Shown here: in pieces, positions 1-11,216 of the stretch
How the letters are laid out: each line of letters starts with the position of its first letter
How positions within the stretch are numbered: the stretch's first letter is position 1
From: Chiloscyllium plagiosum
Lineage: Eukaryota
Direction: 5' to 3'
DNA length: 39,967 nt
NCBI RefSeq assembly: GCF_004010195.1
Contig: NC_057719.1
Coordinates: forward strand, 74,484,965 to 74,524,931
Notes under the pieces: model-generated
What the model was told of the DNA's origin: nothing
The model's input: the letters and a program-made list of their open reading frames with translations, nothing else
Databases searched by the model: none
Program-made: the position numbers and the translations under genes

Positions 1-34
1 TCTTACACAAAACCATTTTATAGTAAGAGCAAAA

Positions 35-380
35 GGTTTATAAAATCATGAAGGACATAGATAATGTGAATAACAAAGTTCTTTTCCCCAGAGTGGGAGA
101 CTTCAAAACAATGGGGCATATTTTATGATGAGAGGAAAAATATTTTAAAAGGATATAAGGGGAAATTCTTTACAGAGAGAATGGTTCTTATGTGGAATGA
201 ATTGGCAGAGGAAGTGGTGGATGCAGGTGCAGTTACAGCATTTAAAAATATTTGGATAAGTAGATGAATAGGAAAGGTTTGGAGGGATATGGGCCAAGCG
301 CAGACAGGTGGGGCCAGTTTGGTGTGGGAACATGGTTGTCTTGGACTGAAGGGTCTGTTTCCATGCTGTATGCTATGACT
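35..380 (+). mobile_element. CR1-clade LINE (HER1-like) 3' end fragment
   Basis: Typical CR1 ORF2 C-terminal/3'UTR sequence (ggtttataaaatcatg...tggaatgaattggcagaggaagtggtggatgcagg...gggtctgtttccatgctgtatg); similar to copies at 13700-14095, 20660-21033 and 28070-28460. Confidence 0.85.
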
Positions 381-389
381 ATTTCAGTC

Positions 390-1280
390 TTAAATGGCCA
401 ACCCCTTATGCTGAGATTATGCCCCAGTGTTCTAGACTCTAGAGTCGAGGGAAAACAATTGCTCAGCATCTATCTGGTCAGGCCACCTCATTCATTTACA
501 AGTTCAACCTTTCATCCTTCTAAACTCCAGAGAATATAAACCTGTTCTACTTATTCTCTCCTCGTAAACCCTCTCATCTCTGGAATCAATTTAACAAACC
601 CATCATTGTAACCTCTTCAAGGCTAGTACATCCTTCCTGAAGTCAGTAGATCAAAACTGCAGTGATCTCATGAAATGCCTCTTTAATTGCAATAAATCTC
701 ACTGTTATATTCCAACTCTTTTAACCATTTACTTTATTAATTACTTACTGTATCTGCATGTTAACTTCCTGTGGTTCACAGACAAGGACACCCAAACTCT
801 TTGAGATACCAAGATTAACTTAATTTTCAACTTTGTAAAAAATATTTTACTTTTCCATTCTTCACAAAGTGGATAGTTTTGCGTTTCCCCTCAGTACAAC
901 TTTTTTTGCCTAACCATTTAACTAGCCTATGTCCCTTTGTGTACATCTTACAGTTGTCATTCTCACTTAGCTTTGTATCTTTAGCAAGCCTGGGTACATT
1001 ATTCTCAGCCCCCTCATCTAAATAATTGATACTGATTATTGATTATAAATAATTTGATTATAAATAATTTATATATAAATCAATATATGTGTTAATAATA
1101 AACAACTGAGGCCCAAGCATTAATCCCTTTGGATGCAGCTTACCGACACAAAAATGACTTATTTATTCCTATTTACTGTTTTCTGTCTGTCAACCGATAC
1201 GCAATTCATTATACTGTTGCCTTCAATCATATGAACCCTAACCTTGTTTAACAACTTTACATGTTGCATCTTCTTGAAAT
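390..1280 (-). mobile_element. Old CR1-clade LINE RT/3' fragment
   Basis: Reverse strand of ~1006-1132 resembles the PQGSVLGPQLF..INDLDEG RT motif region; ~400-560 resembles a CR1 ORF2 end; heavily decayed. Confidence 0.65.
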
Positions 1281-1629
1281 ACTATGTATCTGCTTTTTCA
1301 TTTGCCCATTTTGTCTAAAGGTTATGCAATTCTAATAGAAATGAGAATGTGCAGTTTCCATATTGGTGACTGATCTATATTGCTGGTGGGCGGCAAGTTG
1401 CAAATCAGCTCCCTTTGCATAGGCCAGAGGAGAGATATTTAATTTTCCCCATCTCTCTCCTCCTTACTCTTACTTGTAGCAGCATCATGCTTCTCTATTT
1501 TCTTTTTAACCCTCTTCCTCTTCATCATTTTAGCTTTTTGCAATAGTCTCATCACTGCTCACACTTTCTAGATCCTAACTTTGAGGTTGAAGATGCTTTT
1601 AGTATTATTCATGGAAAAAGAAGATAGGG

Positions 1630-2560
1630 CCTAGGCTGATACTTTTAACACTGAGGGAGTACAGTACTCTCAGAGGTGCTGTCTTTTGCGTGTAAATGCT
1701 AAGCACATTATTCTCCTTCCACAGACACTCTCTCCAGGTCTGGTGACCAGCTGAGGGTTCGCTCAATTCAATATTAAACGTGTTAAAGATTAGACCAATG
1801 AGAACAGATCAGGGTCAAGATCTGAGGGTAGATCATCAAACTGATATACTAATCAGTGATTGATTGCTGTCATATTTCTCCTGAAACTGATAACAGTCTT
1901 GGGAGTTTGCACATGTGCAGAATTACATGGAAATCCATAAGTTGGGTCGACCAACATATCCTCTCAGGTGGACAAAGCATAATCGAGTCATACGTCATGG
2001 AAACAGAGACACAATATCTCTGCATTATTTCAGACGAGCTCAGGGAAGCTAAATATTTATCCTGAATGAACATTGATAAAACTGGTCATGGTCAACATTT
2101 CTATTTGTGGGAGTTTGCCATGGACAAAATGGCTGCTTGCTGCATTTCCTCCAATGACACTAATCACAACAGCTTGGTGGCTCAGTGGTTAGCACTGCTG
2201 CCTCACGGTGCCAGGGACCTGGTTTGATTCCACCCTTGTGTGGCTGTGTGGAGTTTGCACATTCGCCCAGTGTCTGTGTGGGTTTCCTCTGGGTGCTCTG
2301 GTTTCCTCCCACAATCCAAAGCGAGATGGGTTGGCCATACTAAATTGCTGGAGGATGGGTGGATTCACCAATGCAGGGTTACAGGGATGGTGTGGGTCTA
2401 GGTGGGTATGTTCTTCAGAGTGTTAGTGTAGCCTCAATGTGCCAAGTGACCTGCTTTTGCATTGTGTGGATTCTTTAGAAATTTTTAAATGACTAGAAAG
2501 TACCTTGGGATTTCCTAACATCATGAAATGTGCAAAATATATGCAAGATTACTTTTCTTT
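1630..2560 (+). mobile_element. DeuSINE (SacSINE1-like), fragmented and interrupted by an HE1 SINE
   Basis: actgagggagtacagtactctcagaggtgctgtctttt (~1650), cctctcaggtggac (~1960), aatatttatcc..atttctatttgtgggagtttgc..aaaatggctgc (2050-2150); tail aaagtaccttggga..tgaaatgtgc..atatatgcaag resumes after the HE1 insert. Confidence 0.6.
2172..2475 (+). mobile_element. HE1 / V-SINE (tRNA-derived SINE)
   Basis: tRNA-like head ggtggctcagtggttagcactgctgcctcac with B-box-like ggtttgattcc; V-domain tgtggagtttgcacatt..gggtttcctc..ggtttcctcccaca. Confidence 0.9.
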
Positions 2561-3615
2561 TCCTTTTCTTCAGTGCCCACAAAAAAAAGCCTAAGGTGAC
2601 TGGATTTTATCAAAGTCTCCATATTAACTTGTTAGCGTTGTGGGAGTCTGTGTTAATCTGAATAGTTTCTTCAAAATTCAACTTTTTTTTTCCCCTTCCT
2701 CCAGAAATTTTACTTGTCTGAGATTTTCAAATCTTTCCCCTCCCCCAGTCCTTCCAGCCTCAGACTGAATTAGTCTTTTATATCCTTCAGAAGACTTATT
2801 GGGACTTTAGGGATTTTAAATATTCCCCCTCTTTTAAAAAAAAAGGGAATCTCAACAGCCTGCAACTTGCAACAAGATATGCTTGGGAGAGGAATATGTT
2901 GGTTTTTAAAACTTAAATGCTTTAATAGTATGAAGGAAAAATAGAATTTCACTAAGACTGGATCATTTTGTCAGTTGTTAAACAGAGCTCAGAATCAAAA
3001 ATGTGTAAAATTTTTCTTGATTGATTATATTTGTTAAGGTAGCTCTGGTGGTGGAACTCCACTTAAAACTGGCCTCACACAATGCATTTTAGTTTTCTTC
3101 CCAATAAGGCAATACAGGAACTGAATTAATTCAGAAATTAAGATAATCTGAAGCTGCCTTGTTCTATACATGACATTGAATATATTTGGGGGATGGGAGA
3201 ATTCATTGCACTAGTTTGTAGCTAGAGTCAGATTCAAACTGGCCATAATGATGTAAATCATTTGTGCTCTGATTAACTGAGAGCAGCTTTTTTTTTAACA
3301 TTTAGATTCACAATTGAGGGTGGCGTTTTGTGCCTGGCATTACTTGGGACTTGAATGGGGAGGAAATCACAGAAACTTACAGATGCTATCCCTAATGCAA
3401 GAGTAAGACTATAGAGAATGCTCCTCCAGAGCAGTAAGCTTTGTGGAGGTTCTTTATGGAGACTAAACAATTAAGCGTCCGTTGCAGAATTGCCACCCAA
3501 AGAATGCAGCGTTGAAAAGGACTTGTACTTCTTGGAACACTGGCAGCACTCTCACTGACAGCACTGTGTGGGATGGCTTGGTCAGTGAGAGGTTGAAAAT
3601 TGATGGTGTAGTCAT

Positions 3616-4090
3616 TGTAACGAGGTCAGCCAGATGGACCTCACAGAAAAGGAGTTCCCTGATTGGGCTGTTAACCTGCTCCAATCAGGGAGCCCTGGCT
3701 GACAGATATAAACAGGAGAGTCGGGGGGAAAAATAAGCACTACCGCAGTTAGGCAGTAGTGTGGGGGTAATGTAAAAAAAAGATAAACAGAAGATTGTTC
3801 TGTTCACTCTGAGAGCTGGCTCAGTGTCAAGGACTCTCCTTTTTTGTATCAGAGGAGGGGACTAACTCTGAGCTAGCTGGCCCACAGCCAGTGTATTGGA
3901 AGGAGGAAAAAGAAGGAGGAAAAAGAAGGAGGAAGAAGAAGGAGAAAAAAAGAAAAAAAAACAGGAGAGTCAGAGGTTCTGTTCACTCTGAGTGCTGGCT
4001 CTGAGGGAACTGGATTAGTGTCATGGATTCTCCATGTATGAATAAAAGGTGACTTGGTGATGGGATACTGGCCTGTGTGGGGTTATTTCA
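3616..4090 (+). mobile_element. Solo LTR (short ~220-240 bp family, probably Gypsy-type), copy 1, containing a LINE-mediated insertion
   Basis: TG...CA termini (tgtaacgagg...ttatttca), inverted CCAAT pair 3657-3690, TATA-like gatataaa 3705-3712, AATAAA 4041-4046; homologous to 26538-26742 and 31308-31516. Confidence 0.75.
3723..3958 (+). mobile_element. 5'-truncated Tx1-like LINE 3' tip with transduced LTR-derived sequence and purine-rich tail
   Basis: Flanked by perfect 13-bp direct repeat aaacaggagagtc (3710-3722, 3959-3971); 3723-3795 matches the reverse complement of 19259-19333; 3783-3839 resembles LTR sequence downstream of the TATA box; A/G tail 3899-3958. Confidence 0.75.
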
Positions 4091-4339
4091 GAAGGTGATG
4101 AGTTTGGAGATAGAGAAAGCTCTTGTGCTCTCTGAAGGAGGTGGTCAGTTAAATGTCCGTCATGTTTAGTTAAAACGAAAGTACAAATTCAGCAACTTGT
4201 GGAGTTCACACATGTGCAGAATCATGTGGAAATTAGAGCTTCTTGTCTGTGATTCTATGCTTCTCCAGAAAATTTATTGCTTTTACATTTTTAATCTCAC
4301 TTTAAAACACTTAGAAAATTTAAACCTTGTTATAGTCTG

Positions 4340-4610
4340 AGGATTAAGTCTTAACAATCATAATCTGAGAATGATGGTTTAGGAGAGACGTTAGGAAGTA
4401 CATAAAAGGTAATAGAGATTTGGAACAAATGGCAGTGGATGAACATTCAGTTGTTAATTTTAAACCTCAGATGGATAAATTTTTGTTTAACAAAAATGAA
4501 CAAATATGGGCCAAGAGCCCATGGAGTTGGGCCACAGATTATCCATGATGTAATTGAATGGTGAAACAGGTTTGAGGGGCTGAATGGCCTATTGTGGTTC
4601 ATATGTTCTT
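4340..4610 (+). mobile_element. CR1 LINE 3' end, decayed
   Basis: cagattatccatgatgtaattgaatggtgaaacaggtttgaggggctgaatggccta is a typical shark CR1 3' tail. Confidence 0.7.
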
Positions 4611-5121
4611 AATTATATATGAATTTATCATTAGTTGCAGAGGAGATGAGCAATTCTACTAGGGTCAAAGATTGTGGATCACATTTAGGACATGCATTAT
4701 GAATTCCTGGAAGTCAGGCACTGTATAACTCTCAGCTCCTTAGACTCCAGGACAGATATCCTTTGAAGTATTCAATGTGGAGCTTTGAAGAAACAAGTCT
4801 CCCAAAGCTCCTCCTCAACTTTATGTTGACAAACATCACTGACCCAGTGCTCCCCAACTCGCAGTAATACCAGCCCCCACCCACCAAATTTCATGACCAT
4901 GTCTTGGTCAAAGGCTATACTCTTATAAGTCCTAACTCTCTGCTTTTTTTTTTTGACTGCATCTTCTGGTGTTACATCTTCTGGGAGAAATTGGAATGGA
5001 GTTGCATTGAAAATTGACAGTGTAGTGATGATGCCAGGCTGTCACTGATGGTGAGATGGGCTGGCATTGAGACTGGGCAAAAGTATTTTCCATTGAGCAC
5101 TAATTGTCAATGATGAAAACT

Positions 5122-5295
5122 GTAAGTTGCCATAGTTCCATAGGCTGCTCTCTCATTTAATCTGAGGGTCACCACACCTCCAGCAAGATTGAGAGAGTAG
5201 GGCCTTTATGCTGTCCTCAGCTGGGACAGGAATTAAACTTGCTCCGTTGGTGTCATACTGTATTGCAAACTAGCCAACTGAGCTGACTGACTCCT
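5122..5295 (-). mobile_element. tRNA-derived SINE
   Basis: Minus strand starts cagctcagttggct (A-box-like) then agtttaattcc (B-box-like), followed by gaggtgtggtgaccctcag..gagagcagcctatgg body. Confidence 0.55.
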
Positions 5296-6827
5296 GGCTA
5301 TTGGAGAACCATTATCACCAGCATTAAATATTAAACTGATCCTACTGTCACCTACATGACATATGTCCTTCATCTTGTCAAGAGGTACACTAAGAGTTGA
5401 GAGAGAAGACAGTGCAGTGCTCAGAGATGGAGCATCAGTCTGAGGAAGTAGTGTTGCATGAATCATGCATACCCTTCACCATTGTAGATGCATTCACTTC
5501 GATAGGTGCCCCACCACAGATAAATAGAGCAGCACGTTGTGAGGAGGACATGAAGGCACAGATAGCACTGGAGACATGATAATGCCCAAGGCCAGCCAAG
5601 CAAGTGCAGGGCAATAAACCTGGAGTATTTGCGGAGAAAATGTGTGGCCATCTGTCAAAGACTCCAGGGTCATGTGCACCTGGGAACTGATGAGTAGTAC
5701 ACTTCTGTAATATGAGCTGTGATGGCACAGTTTTTCTTCTTTTGCCCATGGTCATTTCCACAGGTAGAGGTCTTGTGGTACACTGCATTATCTCAACCCA
5801 ACCTCAGGACTTGATGGCAAAGCTGGTGAGTTCATAGCACGGCCAAATCCAAGGAGTCAACCTGAAAACTTTTCCAACACAATGGCAGGCTGTGGGAGTG
5901 GGAGAGATTCTTGGTCAAACATGATGAAAGAATATTGGAGCCTCGACTGTCACTAATCATTGCTCCATGTATGTAAAAGTGCATATTGCTACAGCAGTGG
6001 GTGATCTCTAACCTACCAGCCTATTGTCTCCATTCGAAAAGTGGTTAACCTTAAGGGAAAGGCACACACTCCAGGCCAATGAGTGGATGCAGGCACATAA
6101 CAATGGCTCTGGATATGACAAATTTGAAAAACATTTATCAGATAGTCATCTAAATGACTGAGCACTGCATTCAAATGTCCTTCACATTTTGTTAAAAGGA
6201 AAATGTTAATCCACGAACTTGTACAGTCCACTAGTGTGCAGAATCACGTGGTAATCATGTTTTTGTCTGTGATTCTATGCTTCTCCACAGGGTGCGCTGC
6301 TGAGCTTCTGTCTAAATTGTATCAATGNNNNNNNNNNNNNNNNNNNNNNNNNNNNNNNNNNNNNNNNNNNNNNNNNNNNNNNNNNNNNNNNNNNNNNNNN
6401 NNNNNNNNNNNNNNNNNNNNNNNNNNNNNNNNNNNNNNNNNNNNNNNNNNNNNNNNNNNNNNNNNNNNNNNNNNNNNNNNNNNNNNNNNNNNNNNNNNNN
6501 NNNNNNNNNNNNNNNNNNNNNNNNNNNNNNNNNNNNNNNNNNNNNNNNNNNNNNNNNNNNNNNNNNNNNNNNNNNNNNNNNNNNNNNNNNNNNNNNNNNN
6601 NNNNNNNNNNNNNNNNNNNNNNNNNNNNNNNNNNNNNNNNNNNNNNNNNNNNNNNNNNNNNNNNNNNNNNNNNNNNNNNNNNNNNNNNNNNNNNNNNNNN
6701 NNNNNNNNNNNNNNNNNNNNNNNNNNNNNNNNNNNNNNNNNNNNNNNNNNNNNNNNNNNNNNNNNNNNNNNNNNNNNNNNNNNNNNNNNNNNNNNNNNNN
6801 NNNNNNNNNNNNNNNNNNNNNNNNNNN

Positions 6828-7210
6828 ATTCATTAGAGTTTAATGGATGAGAGGAGACAAGATTCCAACAGGGCTGGACAGACTAGGTGCAGAGGATGTT
6901 TTATTGGATGGGGATTCTAGGACCAGGGGACACTGTCAGGATACTGGGACTGAGATGAGGAAAAGCTTCTTCACTCAGAGGGTAATGATTATGTGAAAGT
7001 CTCTCCCACTGGGTGCTGTGGCGGTGAGGTCACTAGACATATTCCAGGAAAACATTAGATACATTTTCAAATATCAAAGGCATCAAGGAATATGGAGAGA
7101 ATGAGGAATTATGGCATTGAGACAAAGGATCAGCCATGATCATATTGAATGACGGAACCGGCTTGAAAGGATTAAATAGCCTAATCCTGTTCCTAGTTTC
7201 CGTGTTTCTA
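6828..7210 (+). mobile_element. CR1 LINE 3' end (starts in the gap)
   Basis: gagatgaggaaaagcttcttcactcagagggt..gatcagccatgatcatattgaatgacgg..cctgttcctagtttc. Confidence 0.8.
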
Positions 7211-7618
7211 ACAGGGCGGTGTTGCAGGATCTGTGCCTCCTACAGAATTAGGAAGCAGCACGTCAGTGAGTGGGAGAGGCACTGAGAGAGGAGCGGTTAG
7301 TAAAGAGATGGGTAAAATCGTAGTGATCTCGCTGTAGGTAAGTAATGAAAGACATTCCCCTCAGGAGTAACTGATGGAACTGGAGGACACGAGAATTTCC
7401 TATGGAAAGTTAGGGTAATTAGAATATGAACCCTTCACTATACAGCTGAGTTGAGGCTAAAACTAAATTTGAAGTGTAAGAAGATAACTGGGGGCAACAA
7501 GTTACAGAAGCAAACCCCATAATTGGAGTCTCACTGGGCCCACTCCTGTGTTATAGTTTTTATCATTCTGGGAAAACTCTCCTTCATTTATGAAGATTGA
7601 GTTCTGAGAGTGATTTGT

Positions 7619-7945
7619 GGGCGGCACGGTGGCACAGTGGTTAGCACTGCTGCCTCGCAGCGCCAGAGACCCGGGTTCAATTCCCGCCTCAGGCGACTGA
7701 CTGTGTGGAGTTTGCACATTCTCCCCGTGTCTGCGTGGGTTTCCTCCGGGTGCTCTGGTTTCCTCCCACAATCCAAAGATGTGCAAGTCAGGTGAATTGG
7801 CCATGCTAAATTGTCCATAGTGTTAGGTAAAGGGGTAAATGTAGGGGTATGGGTGGGTTACGCTTTGGCGGGTCGGTGTGGACTTGTTGGGCCGAAGGGC
7901 CTGTTTCCACACTGTAAGTAATCTAAAGTAATCTAATCTAATCTA
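7619..7945 (+). mobile_element. HE1 / V-SINE, young full-length copy
   Basis: gggcggcacggtggcacagtggttagc head, B-box gggttcaattccc, intact V-domain, HER1-like tail gggccgaagggcctgtttccacactgt plus (TAATC)n; CpGs retained. Confidence 0.95.
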
Positions 7946-8379
7946 TAGATGAGCTGAGTTTAGCACAATACAGCTTTTTGAAAGGCGTCCCTAACAGTGA
8001 GTTCACTGCCCTTTGTCTGATCTTAGTTTAGTTCAGGTCGGTCTGCGTGACACAGTATCGAAATGTGAAGTCCAAGTAGAGATCAGCTCTCACTCACATT
8101 CCCAGTTTCCAATTGGCACCTTCACATAGTTCCAGAATCCAAGGGATTATTGAAAGTGGAATCAACAGGCAGGGTGGGGGAAGAGGTGATCATACCTTCT
8201 GCAGTGCAGGCAATTTCTGTCTATTAATGCAGGTTAATTATAAAGGGGTTTTACGAGCTATAGCTTGGATATGGGGACATAACCCTAACTACTAAGTTAC
8301 ATTTGAGCTATGAGTTGTTACGGACAGAGTCTTCCCAGCATCTGAAAAACGTAGGTATTAGTGAAAAAGTTGGATGCAT

Positions 8380-8468
8380 TTGTACGGTGCGATCTGCCTG
8401 TGTAGCACACAAAACAAGACTTTTCACTGTATCACCTGACAACAACAAAGCAATCAATCACTCAATCA
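8380..8468 (+). mobile_element. Rex1/Babar-like LINE 3' tail fragment
   Basis: aaaacaagacttttcactgtatcacctgacaac followed by (CAAT)n; related inverted pieces at ~15270-15330 and ~32790-32880. Confidence 0.4.
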
Positions 8469-9011
8469 GGTGAGGAGCTTCCTGCCATTCTAAACAAAAA
8501 GCAGTCCCATTTTCCAGTGTTGAACAGTAAAACGAGATTCTCATTAGTGAGTGGCGAGAGGCCAATTTACATACATTTGACTGCATTAACTTTATTATTC
8601 TGTCATCTCACCTCACTATATCCAGTTTCCCATTGTCCTATCCGGTGGATGGAAATTAGAGACGGTGATCATTCCTGACGTGACGGTCAGAACCTGGTGA
8701 TTCCGGCTCACTGCTTGTTCCTCTGGAACGCCATCAGTCACCAACACCTTCAGACACACTCCATGAGCTGTCACACCCCCATGTCCAGCTGGACCTCCAG
8801 GTCTCTGTTGGCAAAGCAGGTTACCAGTCACTCTCTGCCAGAAACGTGTGTAGGGCAAACAGGACAGATCATGCAGGGACTGGCAGCACTGGACTGAGCT
8901 GGTTCTTAAACATGGCACTGGGTGTCTCGGGTATTGGCCAATGCCCTCACCTCTGGCGATGGGAGAATACGTCATGCAGGGATCTGTAGCATGTACTGGA
9001 TAGTTAATGAG

Positions 9012-9147
9012 GAGAAGGTGAGGACTGCAATACGCTGGAGAGTCAGATTCGAAAAGTGCAGTGCTGGAAAAGCACAGCAGGTCAGGCAGCATCTGAGGAG
9101 CAGGAGGATCGATGTGTTGGGCATAAGCCATTCATGAGGAATGAGGC
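9012..9147 (-). mobile_element. Penelope-like element pLTR fragment
   Basis: gtgctggaaaagcacagcaggtcaggcagcatctgaggagcagg, shared with 17178, 18035 and 39813; decayed hammerhead core. Confidence 0.75.
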
Positions 9148-10109
9148 AGGTTTGTGAAGGTAGCATGGGGAACATTGCTACAGCTCACGAAGAGAGTCCC
9201 TCCTTGAAACATGCCGAACACGAGACTTGGTCAATTTCTGGTAAGTTTCAGCCCTATGTTGTTGGTTATAGGAGAGCTTGCAGCACCGTTAAAGTCGCAA
9301 TATGGGACCAGTTGGCCATGGAAGGGAACATACAGGACAATATAGTTTAATGTGCTGATAATAAACCCAGGAATTCTTTCATCACCTTCCCAATGCCCCT
9401 CAAAGTGAAAGAAAGTGTGCATGAAGATGCACAAACTGTTGATTGTGAGGGGAATCCATATTAGACCAGTGACGGTGTCAATACAAGTTCAGTAAGTTAC
9501 CATTCATTACCGTTAGAATCAAAGTTTCTTCCAGCTCTGCTTTCCCTTTGTCAGTCACTTCCCTGAGTTTGATGATTCCTGTCTCTCCCTCTTCCTGCCC
9601 CGGTCTCCCCTGTGGTTGGCCTCGGAGTTCCTCACACAAGCATGAACAAAACCGCACTGTCTCAGGAGAGTTCAGTCGTTCCAATAGTTTGTAGAAGTCA
9701 CATGTCTCAGTGTTCCAGGGTGAGACGTTACACAATCGGACATCACATGGTTCCAGTATCATGTGATCAAACCTCCAGCCAGAGTTGGCAGCCCAACCCA
9801 GTGTGGCAAATTGTGACAGCCCTGTTGATATGGCCAGTGAGGGGTGGCCTGAGTGCCAGCCTCAACTATGTTGGTACTCACTGGTCTAGCACAGGGGGAC
9901 TCTGCCTTGCTGATCCAGACTGGTGTACCAGTCATTGTTGTGCTGTGCTAAATGCGCTGGCTCCGTGATCCCATCGGGAGCAGCCATCTCTGGCATATCG
10001 CCTACTAACATGCATGCCACAGGATAGCAAAGCATTAAATCTCTCCCTAAACACTTTCATTTGTTACAGGTTTCCTCAGCACTGACTTCACCATGCTCAG
10101 AGCTAGTAC

Positions 10110-10203
10110 TGATTTGGAGGTGCCGGTGCTGGACTGGGGTGTACAAAGTTAAAGAAAACACTCAACACCAGGTTATCGTCCAACAGGTTTATTTAGAAGA
10201 ACT
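10110..10203 (-). mobile_element. Penelope-like pLTR fragment (second family) with 9-bp TSD
   Basis: Closely similar to 21506-21600 (tgatttggaggtgc..ggactggggtgtacaaagttaaa..caccaggttat..tccaacaggtttatt); flanked by agctagtac at 10101-10109 and 10204-10212. Confidence 0.8.
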
Positions 10204-10939
10204 AGCTAGTACCAGCACCTCAGGCACACCATGTCAGCAGTGCAGCTGGCTGAATATTATCTGACCTTCTAGAAGCGAGGCGTGGTTACTGTGGAAACGT
10301 GTCTTCCCAGACTCACAGGCAAAATTTCTCTCGGGACCTTCTGACTGCTTTAATAATCAGCCCTGGGCCTAAGCAAATTGCTCCCTTATGGTATTCCTGG
10401 GCACTTAGCCGAGCATTCGGCTGCAGAGATTATCACTGCGCTGTATGGGTTGATTCCCCAGTGGAGAGGGAAGCAAGCAGGGCCTGCAAAAGTGCAGAGC
10501 ATCCATTTCTTCCAATGAATATAGAAAGTCAGAGACAGAGCACCCAGTGTTTCCCTCTATGCCAACTCTGGGGCACCTCAACGCTCTTCTGGAAGTGTGG
10601 ATGTGCTGGACCAACATCTGATGCTCAAAGCACAAATCCAAAGTCCTCTTGAGTGTTTCTGACGCACAGCTTTTATTTCTTGCAAGACCCCTTCCCCGGG
10701 TCATAACTTCCAAACAAGTGACCATCCTTCAATAGGAGCGTCTGCAATCCTTCTAGATCCTACAAGATCCTGATCACTGTTAAGAGTCTGCAGCTACTCC
10801 CACAAGTTCCCAGAAACGAAATGCTTCAGAATCCATCGCAGCCTCCCAATTTACTTTCAATTAATATTCAGCAATACTTTGCACATCAAGCCTTCAGAAT
10901 CCCCATGCTGCAACTCACAGGTCCTGAAGTAAAGTGGAA

Positions 10940-11155
10940 ATAAAATGCTGCAGATGCTAGATATCTAGAATCAAAAATCAGAAAGTTCTAGAAATAATCC
11001 ACAGGCCTGACAGCACCTGTGGAGAGCCACAGAGTTAGAGTTAAATATGATTGATTGCCAAAAAGAGTCATTTTGACTTGAAATGTTAACCCTGTTTCTT
11101 TCTGCAGAGGCTGCTGGACCTGCTGAGTATTTCCAGCATTTTTCTGTCTTTGCAT
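10940..11155. mobile_element. Penelope pLTR-derived inverted pair (MITE-like)
   Basis: ctgcagatgctag..cagcacctgtggagag..agagtt, then the inverted gaaatgttaaccctgtttct..ctgctggacctgctgagtatttccagcatttt. Confidence 0.6.
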
Positions 11156-11216
11156 TACATAAATTTTGAAATCACGGCAATTTTTTGACCAAATATTTTG
11201 TGAACCAGTCACTACA

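Larger units (their letters stand above)
8620..10460. mobile_element. Decayed PIF/Harbinger-like DNA transposon (divergent Myb/SANT-like and transposase remnants)
   Basis: Plus ORF 9612-9968 WPV..LSASLNY..STGGLC..CCAVLNAL resembles the HARBI1-type N-terminus (PVAxKVTAALNF..STGDLCG..CIxxVTDAL); minus ORF 8616-9131 RTSSVQCCQSLHDL resembles Myb-like RTxxQCRKKxxDL. Confidence 0.4.

Noticed and set aside
6203..6850. Long ORFs in the track here and at 12103-13267
   Set aside because: Artefacts of N gaps (runs of X).
7214..7343. Possible promoter or first exon (GC box, CACGTCA, AG|GTAAGT donor)
   Set aside because: Short motifs only; the ATG frame stops before the donor and no downstream exon was identified.
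7619..7690. tRNA gene
   Set aside because: It is the tRNA-derived head of an HE1 SINE, continuous with the V-domain.
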